Translations under genes and position numbers: made by a program
Shown here: in pieces, positions 47,690 to 59,330 of the stretch
Position numbering within the stretch: position 1 is the stretch's first letter
Layout: each line of letters opens with the position of its first letter
Origin: Octopus sinensis
Lineage: Eukaryota
Direction: 5' to 3'
Length of the DNA: 64,000 nucleotides
Assembly (NCBI RefSeq): GCF_006345805.1
Contig: NC_043006.1
Span: 28,954,001 to 29,018,000, forward strand
The notes under the pieces: generated by a model
Database searches by the model: none
What the model saw: only the letters and a program-made list of their open reading frames with translations
What the model was told of the DNA's origin: nothing

Positions 47690-50315
47690 TTCTGTTGTGT
47701 CTGAGGAGAGTAATTTTCTTTTTGTGCCTCATAGCGTAATACACTCACCGGTAGAATTTCCACTTATTTCTTATTTTTATTTTCCTAAAATTTTCGTTGC
47801 ATCTTGCAACCTTTTCAATAGTCTTGACTCTGTCCATTATTTACACTGTGTTCCTTTTTGTTCGTTTGTGCGCATGTGTGTGGGTCAGTGTGTGTGTATG
47901 CTTATGCATGCATGCATGTACATATGTATGTATGTATGTTTGTGTGTATGTATTCTGCATATTCATGTGCTTGCATGTCTGTGTTTGTGTATTTTCTATG
48001 TATGTGTGTGAGCGTGTGTTTGTATATGTATGTACTTCTGCCTCCTTGTGTGTGCATGCCTGTGTGTGTGTGTGTGTGTTTTGCAACTAGGTACCGTTTT
48101 TGTATGTATGGATGTGGCTCTCTGTATGTGTAGACCTGTGTCTCCATATGTGTCCTTGTGTAGAGTAAAGTGTGTGTGTATATATGGTTATGTGTTTCAG
48201 TCTCCATTTCCGTATGTGTGTTTTTCTGTTCTTATAACCTATGTACATATCCAACCTCTCATAGAGATGTCTTTGGATGTCTATGTGAGTATGGAAGATC
48301 TCCTCAGTAAAATCAATACTTGCAACTACTCCAACGACCTCACAGGTTGTGTAGTGGGTAGTATGGATGTGATTTCACTCTACCCATCAATAGACATAGA
48401 TTTTGCTGTGAAGAAATGCATTCAGGTAATCTGTGAGAGTGAAGTAGAATTCCGTAAGGTCAACACGAGGGAACTGGGCCTCCTCCTCAGACTATGCTAT
48501 GACAGTAACTATTTAGATGACCATGAGCTCAGTAGATTCTGCCCCACCAGGTTACAGAGGGGAAGACCACCCACCATCACTTCAGCAGTGAAGAAAAGCA
48601 CCACAGAGCACTGGAGTGGCTGGACCGCACCCACCCAAAACCCTGAGAACAACAATCGGGTGAAAGAAATGATTGCATATGCAATAGAGGCCAGTGTAAA
48701 AACCACCTTGAAAAACCACATAGTAAATTTTAACAAAAAACTATACATGCAGGTTCAAGGCGTAGCTGGAGATGTGGCTGGCCTCTTCATGACATGGTGG
48801 GACAGAAAATTTAAACAGATGTTAGCAGAACAATCCACAACTCTTCTACTCTACAGTAGATATGTAGATGACATTAATATAATAGTTAGAACCAACTCTA
48901 GTGACGGTAATGTAGAGACTGAGAAGAACGTAATGGAGAGCATCCAGCAAATAGCTAACTCCATCCACCAAAGTATCAAGGTAACTATAGATTACCCCAG
49001 TAAGCACCCCAACAACAGACTCCCTGTACTTGATACTGAACATTGGTTAGAGACTGTGAACAATAGAGTGCAGCTCCTCCACTCTTGTTACATGGAACCC
49101 ATAACTTTAAAATATGTTGTTCACAAGAACTCAGCTTTGTCACAAAACATGAAAATTAATATACTAATAGCAGACCTAGTTAGAATAATGAACAATGTGT
49201 CCCCACTATGCGAATCCTTTGAAATGAAGAAACATATACAGAACTTCATACACTGCATGCAGTTCTCTGGATATGATCAGAAAGATAGAGTTCGAGTATA
49301 CAGGGGGGCTAGAAAGAAATTAGACAACATTATATGTAATGATATCAGTGGTACCTGCCCTAGATATAGAAACAAAGAATGGAATAGAATACAAAGAGCT
49401 TGTGACAAAGCAAACAGGGTGAACACGTGGTATAAAACCGACAAATATCAAGGAGTGATGTTTGTAAAGGCCACAGCCAATGGAGAACTAGCCCATAGAT
49501 TTAGAAAAGCTCTGAAGGAGACCAAACTCAACATTAAAATTGTTGAAAAGCCAGGGAACTCTCAGATCACAACTATGTAGGATGTACCCTTTTGGGAATA
49601 CCGTATGCACCGATGACAACTGCATGGTATGTTGGATTAGCCCTGGATTAACTGTATAACTCTGTGTTGGATTAACTGTATAACTCGAAATGTAGTTTAC
49701 AGCATAAGATGCATAGAAGGTGCTTGTAAGGACATGAACATGACGTACATAGGGGAGACATCTAGGAGCATTGCGGAATGATTAAATGAACATCTGAGAC
49801 AATATGACGGCAAAAAACAATTCTCCATACTCTACCACCATGGAGGCAACTTGGGTCAACTTGACATCTGCATCTTATCCAAGCACCCAAAAGACCCAAC
49901 ACTCAGACAAATACAGGAGTATGTCTTAATAAATGAAATTTCCCCAATACTAAATAGGAATTATACATAGTAGACATGATACCACCATACCTACAGTGTA
50001 CACATGTAGAGTAGAATAGTTAGTGGACTGCTATGTAGATAGATGTATGTATGTGTGTGTATGCACATGTATTTGTTTTTGGTTTGTATGTAAGCAAATG
50101 GATATGAAAATAAACAGATCAACATACAGACGGATAGGTAAATAGGCTATAAAAACAGACAAGCACACATACGCAAATAGAGACTGAAACACATAACCAT
50201 ATATACACACACACACACTTTACTCCACACGAGGATACATATGGAGACACAGGTCTACACATATAGAGATGCACATCCATACATACAAACATGATACATA
50301 GTTGCAAAACACTCA

Positions 50316-50351
<36 letters not shown>

Positions 50352-50755
50352 CACACACAAGGAGACAGTGGTGCGCACGTATACAAACACATGCTCAAAC
50401 ACACACATACAAAGAAAATACAGAAACATGGACATGCAAGCACATGAATATGCAGAATACATACAGATGCACACACATACATGCATACATATATACATAT
50501 GCATACACACACATATATACATACACACGTACATACATATGTACGTACATGCATAGGCACACACACACATGCGCACAAACAAGCAAAAAGGAACGCAGTG
50601 TAAATAACATACAGAGTCAAGACTATCGAAAAGGTTGCAAAACGCAACGAAAATTTTAGGAAAATAAAAATAAGAAATAAGTGGAAATTTTAGCAGTGAG
50701 TGTGTTAAATTATAAGGCACAAAAAGAAAATGACTCTCACCAGACACAACATAGT
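47690..50755 (+). mobile_element. Penelope-like retroelement (Neptune-like) with ~0.6 kb inverted terminal arms
   Basis: RT plus C-terminal GIY-YIG; arms 47690-48252 and 50132-50755 are reverse complements. Confidence 0.9.
48270..49970 (+). pseudogene. PLE reverse transcriptase - GIY-YIG endonuclease, 5'-truncated and broken after 49580
   Basis: GSMDVISLYPSID, GVAGDVAGLFM, YSRYVDDI, RLPVLD; Cys linker CTDDNCMVC; NVVYSIRC...YIGETSRSIAE*LNEH...RQIQEYVLINEISPILN. Confidence 0.92.
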
Positions 50756-51469
50756 AATTTGTATATTTATTAATTTTTCATGAAGTATTTTGTACTAATA
50801 CAAGAAATCCTTATCACACTTCAAGTAAGATAGTGATTCTTCCCACCACTTCTTATCTAGTTTGTTGCATAGAAATTACTAAGTCATTTCTTTCCAGTAT
50901 GACAGTATTGTGGTAACGAGGGTGTGATATTTATAACAATTCCTATCAACTGTGTTACATGCAATTTGTGTTAAATATTTTGTAACAATCTCTGCTGTTT
51001 ACATAAGACTGTCAAAAAAAAGGCTACTGCATGACAACCAGTGTGTCTGATAAGGTTGAAATTTTAGCTTTAATCTGGATGACTAGTATTTTTTATTATT
51101 TTATTTATATTTTGCTACTATTATAAATCATTTTCCTGCCCTTTTGTCATATGAGAACACTATTCACCTTGTAATGCAGCCGGGAAAATTCTCACTGGTT
51201 TTGTCTCTGTGTAAACGTAGACATTTTGATCTCAAGTTTGTTAGCTATATTGTTCATAGTATAGCTATATATTTTGTGTATGTGTGTGTGTGTGTGTACT
51301 CAATGTGTACATGATACATGAATGTATTTAAGATGCATGCATGTATATATACAATGTGTTTGTGTGTATATATACATATGTATGTTCCTTTGAGTTATGG
51401 CCCAAAGGCTGTAGCCATACTGGGGCACTACCATTTTCATTACCTTTTCAATGGCCATTCTCATGTGGT

Positions 51470-52060
51470 TGGCTTTTGGTGAATGAGGGAGTTTGATATT
51501 GCTGTCTGCATTTGAGTTTCTTGCCACGATATCAGCTCATATGCAATTTTGGAGAGCAGAAGATCAAAGTCCTTCTTGAAAGCATCTACCCCAATTCCAT
51601 TTAGATCCCCAAGGATTTTCAGTAGGCATTAAACAAATGTGGGTCCTTAAAACTCAAGCTATTGTAGTACATAGTCCTTACTTTTTATGAGATGGTTGGG
51701 ACTTATTGCACTGTGCAATGGCATACTGTTTGGAGGTTAGTATAACTCTCAATGCCAAAGTTTGGTACCAAGCCCTCTAAAATCTTCCATATGTATATTG
51801 CTACATATCTTTCCATGCCTTTGCTCCAAGAAGTAGTGCTGTATTTCTTGCAGTCTCTCTCAGTAGTTCAACTGTCTCATTGAAGTAATCTTCCTAATGT
51901 AGCACCATTGAATTGCTTCAACTTCCACAAATAATTTGACATTGTTGGGTGAACATAGCTGAAAGCAGTAGTCCAGACAGCTGAGGAAAAACATTCTCTA
52001 TAGGACCAACATAAATTCCAAGACCTTTGTTCTGAAAGTTCTCAGAATCTGTATACATTG
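51470..52060 (-). mobile_element. CR1/L2-like LINE 3' end
   Basis: SFKGPHLFN...GVDAFKKDFDLLLSKI...AISNSLIHQK; same family as 12570-14075. Confidence 0.75.
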
Positions 52061-52099
52061 TGTGCGTGTGTGCATGCATGTGTATATATATATTATATA

Positions 52100-52420
52100 A
52101 TCATTTATCATTTAATATCTGTTTTCTATGCTGTCATAGGTTGGACAGTTTCATAGGATCTGATGAGCCACAGGGCCACGTCAAGCTCCAATGTCACCTT
52201 TAGCATAATTTCTATGGCTGGATGCTCCTCTAGTGCCTGCAACTTTACAGAGTGTCTGAGTGTGTTTTTTTTCATACCCTCATCACTAGTGAGCTTGCAA
52301 GACAATTTGAAAGGAGGGGGGCAATGCCGGTATGCCAGATGTTGAGAGGCTAAAGTGTGATAGAGGGACAAGTCCAGGTGTTGTGTTGTAGAGGAAATTC
52401 AAGGCTATGCTGCATTGTAT
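52100..52420 (-). mobile_element. RTE-associated 3' tail fragment
   Basis: tcatttaatatctgttttctatgctg...atggctggatgc. Confidence 0.6.
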
Positions 52421-54485
52421 AAGGGTGGGTGAATGTTGCTGGAAAGAAGACAAATGGTGGTGATGGAATTCCATATCATCTGAAAGTACAAAACAGTGCT
52501 TCTGGGACTGTATATTTGGATGGAGGGTGGAAATTTCTTCTGCTCAGGTGTGGTGCCAACTATGTCTATACAAGCAGGAGTGTAGGTACTCACAACACCA
52601 TGGCTGCCAGATTGTGTTATGGAGTGGATCCTACTAGGTGGGAGGATTTGCTTCCTAAATATTTGGCTAAAGGAAGGACCATTGTGGCTGTTGAAGCTTT
52701 TGGCGAAAAAGAGGATATAGTATCACATAATGTGGAGGACAACTGGAGGTTCCTATGGGACAACCAGTTGAGGGCTACTGACCAGATCTGTGGCTGGTGC
52801 AAAATCCCTTCTCAACCTAAGGTAATGTGGTGGTGGAATAATGTAGTTGACAGGGCCATTAGGGAAAAGAAACAGGCTTGGAAGGACAGGAAGTGTGGTG
52901 GTAGTAGGGAACAGTATCAGATCACCAGAAGGGAAACTAGGAGACAGGTTCACTTAGCCAGAGAGGAAGCAGGTAAGAAAAAAATTTGTCAATGTTCTGC
53001 ATCATGAAGACGAGAGACTTGAAGTGTCTCATATTGCAAGACAGTGTGTCTAGAGAGAATCATGATGTCATAGGAGAGAAATGTGTCTGCATGGATTATG
53101 AATCACTTGCATTAAATGATGTGGCCAAGAGAGAGACTTGGAGACGCCACTCTTTAATCACACTCTTCACAATATCCTGCCAGTTATATTATAGCATTTG
53201 AATCTCAAGGGTGTAGTAGCATTATAGTTAGCTGCTATGAGGGTAAAGGTGACGCCTTAGATAGAAACAACTACAGAGGTATTAAACTGTTAGGCCGTGT
53301 TATGAAAATTACCGAGAGGTTTATAGCTCAATTGATTAGAAATAGAATTAAACTAGATGAGATGCAGTTTGGTTTTGTATCTGGGAAGAGTACTACAGAT
53401 GCCATCTTCCTAGGGAGATAGCTGGAGGAAAAGTACTTGGCCAAAAGTAAGCCATTGTACATAGCTTTCATTGACCTGGAGAAAGCTTTCGACAGAGTTC
53501 CCCACTCTGTTATATGGTTGTCTCTAAGAAAGTTAAGGAGTAGAGGAGTGGCTTGTTAGAGCTGTCCAAGCCATGTACAGTGGTGCTGTCAGTAAGGTGA
53601 GAGTTGGCCATGAATACAGTGATGAATTCAGCGTTCAGGTAGGGGTCCACCAGTGCTCAGTTCTCATCCGACTCTTATTCATTATAGTTCTCCAGGCCAT
53701 AACAGAGGAATTCAAAACTGGGTGCCTGTGGGAACTACTATTTGCTGATGACCTTGCTCTTATTGCAGAATCATCAGCAGAATTGGAGAAGAAATTCCAG
53801 GTATGGAAACAAAACCTGGAATGAAAGGGCCTTAAAGTTAACCTAGCTAAGACAAAAGTGGTTGTTAATAGGAAAGAAAATAAAACTTTCTTTCCGTCAG
53901 GTAAATGGCCCTGCTCCATATGTAGGAAAGGAGTTGGAAGAAATTTCATTTGCTGCACCCAGTGTAAACTATGGACTCATAAGAGATGCAGTGGTATCAC
54001 AGGTAGATTAAAAGATAAAGTAGTCTTTGTATGTGGCAGATGTGCAGGAACAATAAACACTAAGAGCACACAGGAATGAGATTCTCTCAAATACCCAGGA
54101 GGTTTCTTTGAGGTTGTAGACAGTTTCTGTTACCTAGGTAACCAAATTAGCAGTGGTGGAGGATGCTCTGAAAGTATTGTTTCCAGAATAGGAATTGGGT
54201 GGAAGAAGTTCAGTGAGCTATTAACTATGTTGGCATCAAAAGGACTTTCTCTCTCTCTGAGTGAAAGGTAGACTCTATGATGGAGGAAATGACAATTGAC
54301 CGAGATGTCTAATGATACAAAGTTCTTGAGAAAACCTACCCATATCAGCAAAACTAAGTTCTAGAAGTGCAAACTACACTGCTACAGCTCTTCTCTTCTT
54401 CATATTTCCACTTCATCTATAAATGGCTATACTCCATGGTAGTGAGACATGGGCTCTGAATGCAGAAGACATGCATAGACAGGAG
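52420..54485 (+). mobile_element. RTE-LINE (endonuclease remnant plus RT), decayed
   Basis: NYRGIKLL, EMQFGFVSGKSTTDAIF, AFIDLEKAFDRV, GVHQCSVL, WELLFADDLALIAES. Confidence 0.93.
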
Positions 54486-54859
54486 ATAAAAGTAAGCAAA
54501 AATTGTAAAATGTGATTAAATACAAAACTGACCTATATTTCAATAACAATGCTATCAGATGTTCTACTAACTTACAGTGTCTAATTAAATATTCCAATAT
54601 TTTCAAACAAAATAAACAATTTATCAGTCAATATAAAAAAAGTAAAAATTGAAAGAGAAAATATAACAATGAAATAATTAGTTGAAAATTAGAAGTATTA
54701 CCCAATAGATTGAAATTGTATCCTCTATGTGGTTGCTCAACCTGCTAGAAATAGCAGAAATATCATTATTGACATAAAAATGAAGGGTCCAAAATATATA
54801 TAATATAATGAAATTATTGTATACAGTGCTCAGGTGCACCACAACTTGTAAAAAGTGCG

Positions 54860-55860
54860 TATAAAGCATATGCAGTAATGTACAAATGTCTGTGAAGTGA
54901 ACCATGTATGAGTCAGATACATGCTTGCGTGTGTATGGAGGGGAAAAATCAGGTATAGTGTTGGCAAATCTCAGGAAGCATGGAAGTTTTGCAGGATACA
55001 GTGCTCTGACAACTAACAACTGATGCCGGCAGTTTGTTCCATACTTCAACAACTCTTAGTGTGAAAAAATGTTTCTGAAAGTCATGTGAGCTGTGCTGTT
55101 TTCTGACTTTGTAAACATGTCCACAGGTGTTAGACAGGTGGAGTTTGAAAAAGGTGCTCAGTTATTGTTAGTAAGATGGTTAATAATTTTATGGGTGTCT
55201 GCCAAGTCAGCTGCCAGATGGAGTTTCAATGTATCCATGCCCAGGAAAGTAAGGTGTTCAGAATATGGTAAATGTTTGATGGAGAGTATTCTCTTGGTTG
55301 CTCATCACTGAACGGTTTCCAGATGATTAATATCCTGGGCAAGATAGGGGTTTCAGACCGGTGATGCAAATTCCAGGTGAGGCCACACCATAGCTATATA
55401 AAGCCTCCTCAGATAGATAGCCGGAGAGTGGCTCATAGAGGACTTGGTAAGTGATGCCAAGACACCCTCAGCCTTCTTCGCAATTTTAGCAATGTGTTTT
55501 GTCCAACGCAAATCACTGTCGACAATAATGCCCAGGTCATGTTCACAAGAAGACTTTTTGAGATTAGTGTTGTGGAGGGAGTAAGTAGACGCTGGGTTTT
55601 TCCTCCCAAAATGCATGGCGGTACATTTGTCCACAGCCAGCTTGAGTTGCCAGTCCATGATCCACTGCTGCATTGTGTCCAGGTCTGATTGCAATAAAGA
55701 TCTATAGTGTACAGAATCTGTCCTCTTTATTTCAAGGTACAGCTTGATGTCCTCTGCATATTTCAGCACCGTGGCATTCTTTAAGTTGGCATCTATGTCA
55801 TTAACATATGCAACAAATAAAAGGGGGCCAAGAACAGTTATCTTAACCCATGATGGGATA
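54860..55860 (-). mobile_element. CR1-like LINE RT C-terminal half
   Basis: ORF 55353-55901: VLGPLLFVAYVNDI...KYAEDIKLY...LQSDLD...DLGIIVDSDLRW...PHLEFASPV. Confidence 0.9.
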
Positions 55861-55883
55861 ATTATGATTTCAATAGTTTTGAT

Positions 55884-57590
55884 TATCATCATCATCATCA
55901 TTTAACGTCCGTTTTCCATGCTAACATGGGTTGGATAGTTCAACCGGGGTCTGGGAAGCCAGGAGGCTGCACCAGGCTCCAGTCTGATCTGGCAGTGTTT
56001 CTACAGCTGGATGCCCTTCCAAACGCCAACCACTCCGTGAGAGTAGTGGTTGCTTTTAAGTGCCACCGGCACAGGTGCCAAGAGAGGCTGGCAGCAGACA
56101 CGATTGTTTGGCACTTTTTATGTGCCACCGGCATGGAAGCCAGTCAAGACGGCGCTGGCATCGGCCATGTTCAGATGGTGCTTTTTATGTGCCACCAGCA
56201 CAGGTATCACAACTACAATTTCCATCTGATTTTTTATTTTGATGTTGATGTACTTGACTCAATAGGTCTCCTCAAGCACAACAGGTCACCCTACAATCCA
56301 AGGTAAGCACAGCAGGTCGTTCTGCAATCCAAGGTACTTTGGATGGGCTGGGGCTGCTATGTGAAACTGGTGCAGGAAACAGCCATGAACTCATGTTATT
56401 TATCGGGTCTTCGCAGTCACAGCATATCTCCAGAGATCTTGGTCTTTCGTCATTGCCTCTGTGAGGCCCAACATTCGAAGGTCATGCTTGACCACCTCAT
56501 TCCATGTCTTCCTGGGTCTACCTCTACCCTGGATTCCTTCAACTGTTTGGGAGTGGCACTTCTTCACCCATCACTCCTCATCCATCTGTAGTACATGACC
56601 ATACCAGCGCAAACGTCTCTCTTGCACGCTGCATCCGATGCTTCTTCTGTCCAGCATTTCTCTCAGGGCACTTATTCTCTGTCGTATGTGCACACTGACA
56701 TTACACATCCAGCTGATCATGCTAGCTTCATTTCTTTCAAGCCTATGCATGTCCTCTCCAGTTACAGCCCATGTTTCACTACCGTGAAGCATGGCAGTTC
56801 ACACACATGCATTGTACAATCTACCTTTCACTCTGAGTGAGAGACCCTTTTGTCACCAATAGGGGTAGAAGCTTTCTAAACTTTGTCCAGGCTATTTGTA
56901 TTCTAGTGGTAACACTCTCTGAGCATCCACCCCCGCTACTAACTTGGTCACTTAGGTAGCGGAAACTATCAACTATTTCTAGTTTCTCCCCCTGGAGTGT
57001 GATGGAATCTGTTTGCTGAGTATCTGTGGTGTCTATTACCCCTGTGCATCTGCTGCACACGAAAGCTATCTTCTCGGTTAATTTTCCTTTGATGTTGCTG
57101 CACCTCTTCTGTGTTCATAGCTTACACTGGGTACATCTTATGGAGTTTCTACCTACATCTTTTCTACAGATCGAGCAGGGCCACCTACTTGAGGGGGTGT
57201 GTGATGAGTTCGCCTTCCTACTTACTAGAACTTTGGTCTTTGCTACATTGACTCTAAGGCCTTTTGATTCTAAACTTAGCTTCCACACACAAAATTTCTT
57301 TTCTAGTTCTTGTAGTGATTCTGCTATGAGGGCCAGGTCATCAGCATAGAAGAGTTCTCAGGGGCAACCTGTCTTGAATTCCTCTGTTATTGCTTGGAGG
57401 ACTATGATGAATAAAAGGGAACTGAGGGCTGAACCTTAGTGGACCCCTACTTCTACCCAGAATTCTTCACTATACTCGTTGCCAATCCTAACCTTACTAA
57501 TGGCCTCTCTATATAGGGCCTGTATAGCCCTTATTAACCATTCGTCTATCTCCAGTTTCCACATTGCCCACCAGATAAGGGATCAGTCTA
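55884..57590 (-). mobile_element. RTE-LINE RT plus 3' UTR
   Basis: LLYADDLALIAES, CGRCTG, LHGSETWAV...RLERNEASM, (GAT)n tail. Confidence 0.95.
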
Positions 57591-58049
57591 CAAAATCAGG
57601 GATGGCTTAGTAGGAAGAATAGGCAACAAATAATTTCTTTCACCTATAACCCTGGTACTCTTGAAAAGCGGGATGAATATCAGAGCTCCCTTTTTCATAC
57701 TGCCTTAGTGTAACATAACCAACCATTCAGTGATAGATATAACTGATTACTAAACATGTAAGATTTTTATTGCACCTAAGAATTCAACCTTAAGTCAATT
57801 GTTTAATAAACAGAGAAAAATATACATACTGAACCTCAGCACAGTAAGTCTATCATTAGCAAGGGCAAGACAGAAATATTGAGGGAGAGCATGAGTGAGT
57901 GAGAGATTATGAGGATAAGGGTAAGAGAGGGACAGTGTGTGACTGAGTGAAGACTGTGCATAAAGATCATCATAAAATTTGGTGATGAAGACTAAGATAA
58001 TAGTCCCAGCCACTTCTCACAGAAGTTGTGTTGAAAATCTTACAATTAA

Positions 58050-58240
58050 CATCATCATTTAATATCTGTCTTCCATGCTGGCATAGGTTGGATGGTGTGA
58101 CAGGAACTGATAAGCCAGAGGACTGCACCAAACCCCACTGTTTTGGCATGGTTTTTATGGCTGGATGCCATAAAAATGCCAGCTTTACAGAGTGGACTGG
58201 GTGCTTTTTACAGAGCACCAACACAAGATTGTCTCAGTAA
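58050..58240 (-). mobile_element. RTE-type 3' tail
   Basis: catcatcatttaatatctgtcttccatgctggcataggttgg...ggctggatgcc. Confidence 0.7.
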
Positions 58241-58897
58241 ATTTCATTATAAGCCAAACTTTTGAGTTACTATATCCTTAACTTAAAAGTTAGAGCAGAA
58301 AGACTGCATTCATAAAGAGGATGTAGCAAAGGAGTATAAAAAAATAGAAAATCAAAAGCAGGAAAAAAAGAAAAGAAAATATAAGAAAAAAGATCAAGGA
58401 AAAGGGCAGCAATATTCTGTGAGACCTAAAGAAAGTCGATTAGTCTACTAAATGTAAAAATCAAACTTAGTTGAATCATCAGAATTGAATAGTAGTTAAA
58501 ACATCACATACTTCAGTTAGTACCAATTTCTTTGGAGTCACTAATTTTCAAAGTGGAAAAAAATTCAGACAACTTTATTTGGTCGGTGTTAATTATTCTA
58601 ATCAGAATACTTTGAATAAACAAGAACAAAAATTACAATGAACAACTATTTTTTTTTTATTGTTATTACCTACTTCTAAGCAACTTGGCTGAATAACATT
58701 CAGTACAATCCACAGAGTGGATATTATCATTGCTGCCAATAGACCAATTTATCACTAAAAAGTATTGATGATCTGTGCCAGGAAGCTGTTATTATATACT
58801 ATGCAAAACTTCATGGTTTAACCTCAAGTATTTCAAATATAAACAAAGAAGAATGAAGAGAGAAGTAACTTTATTTAACACATTTGCAATAAGTATT

Positions 58898-59128
58898 TAC
58901 TCTTTACTTGTTTCAGTCATTTGACTGCGGCCAAGCTGGAGCACTGCCTTTAATCGAGCAACTCGACCCTGGGACTTACTCTTTGTAAGCCCAGTACTTA
59001 TTCTATGGTCTCTTTTTGCCGAACTGCTAAGTGACGGGGACATAAACACACCAGCATCGGTTGTCAAGCAATGCTAGGGGGACAAACACAGACATACAAA
59101 CATGCACACACACACATACACATACATA

Positions 59129-59168
<40 letters not shown>

Positions 59169-59330
59169 ACAGGCTTCTTTCAGTTTCCGTCTTCCAAATC
59201 CACTCACAAGGCATTGGTCGGCCCGAGGCTATAGCAGAAGACACTTGCCCAAGATGCCACGCAGTGGGACTGAACCCGGAACCATGTGGTTGGTAAGCAA
59301 GCTACTTACCACACAGCCACTCCTGCGCCT
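58898..59330 (-). mobile_element. SINE family B, full length
   Basis: Highly similar to 10790-11190, same orientation. Confidence 0.95.

Noticed and set aside
49778-49780. In-frame TGA in the PLE endonuclease as selenocysteine (as in Naiad PLEs)
   Set aside because: It falls at the conserved Arg of ER..EH (CGA to TGA CpG decay), the domain order is canonical, and the ORF is already broken upstream.
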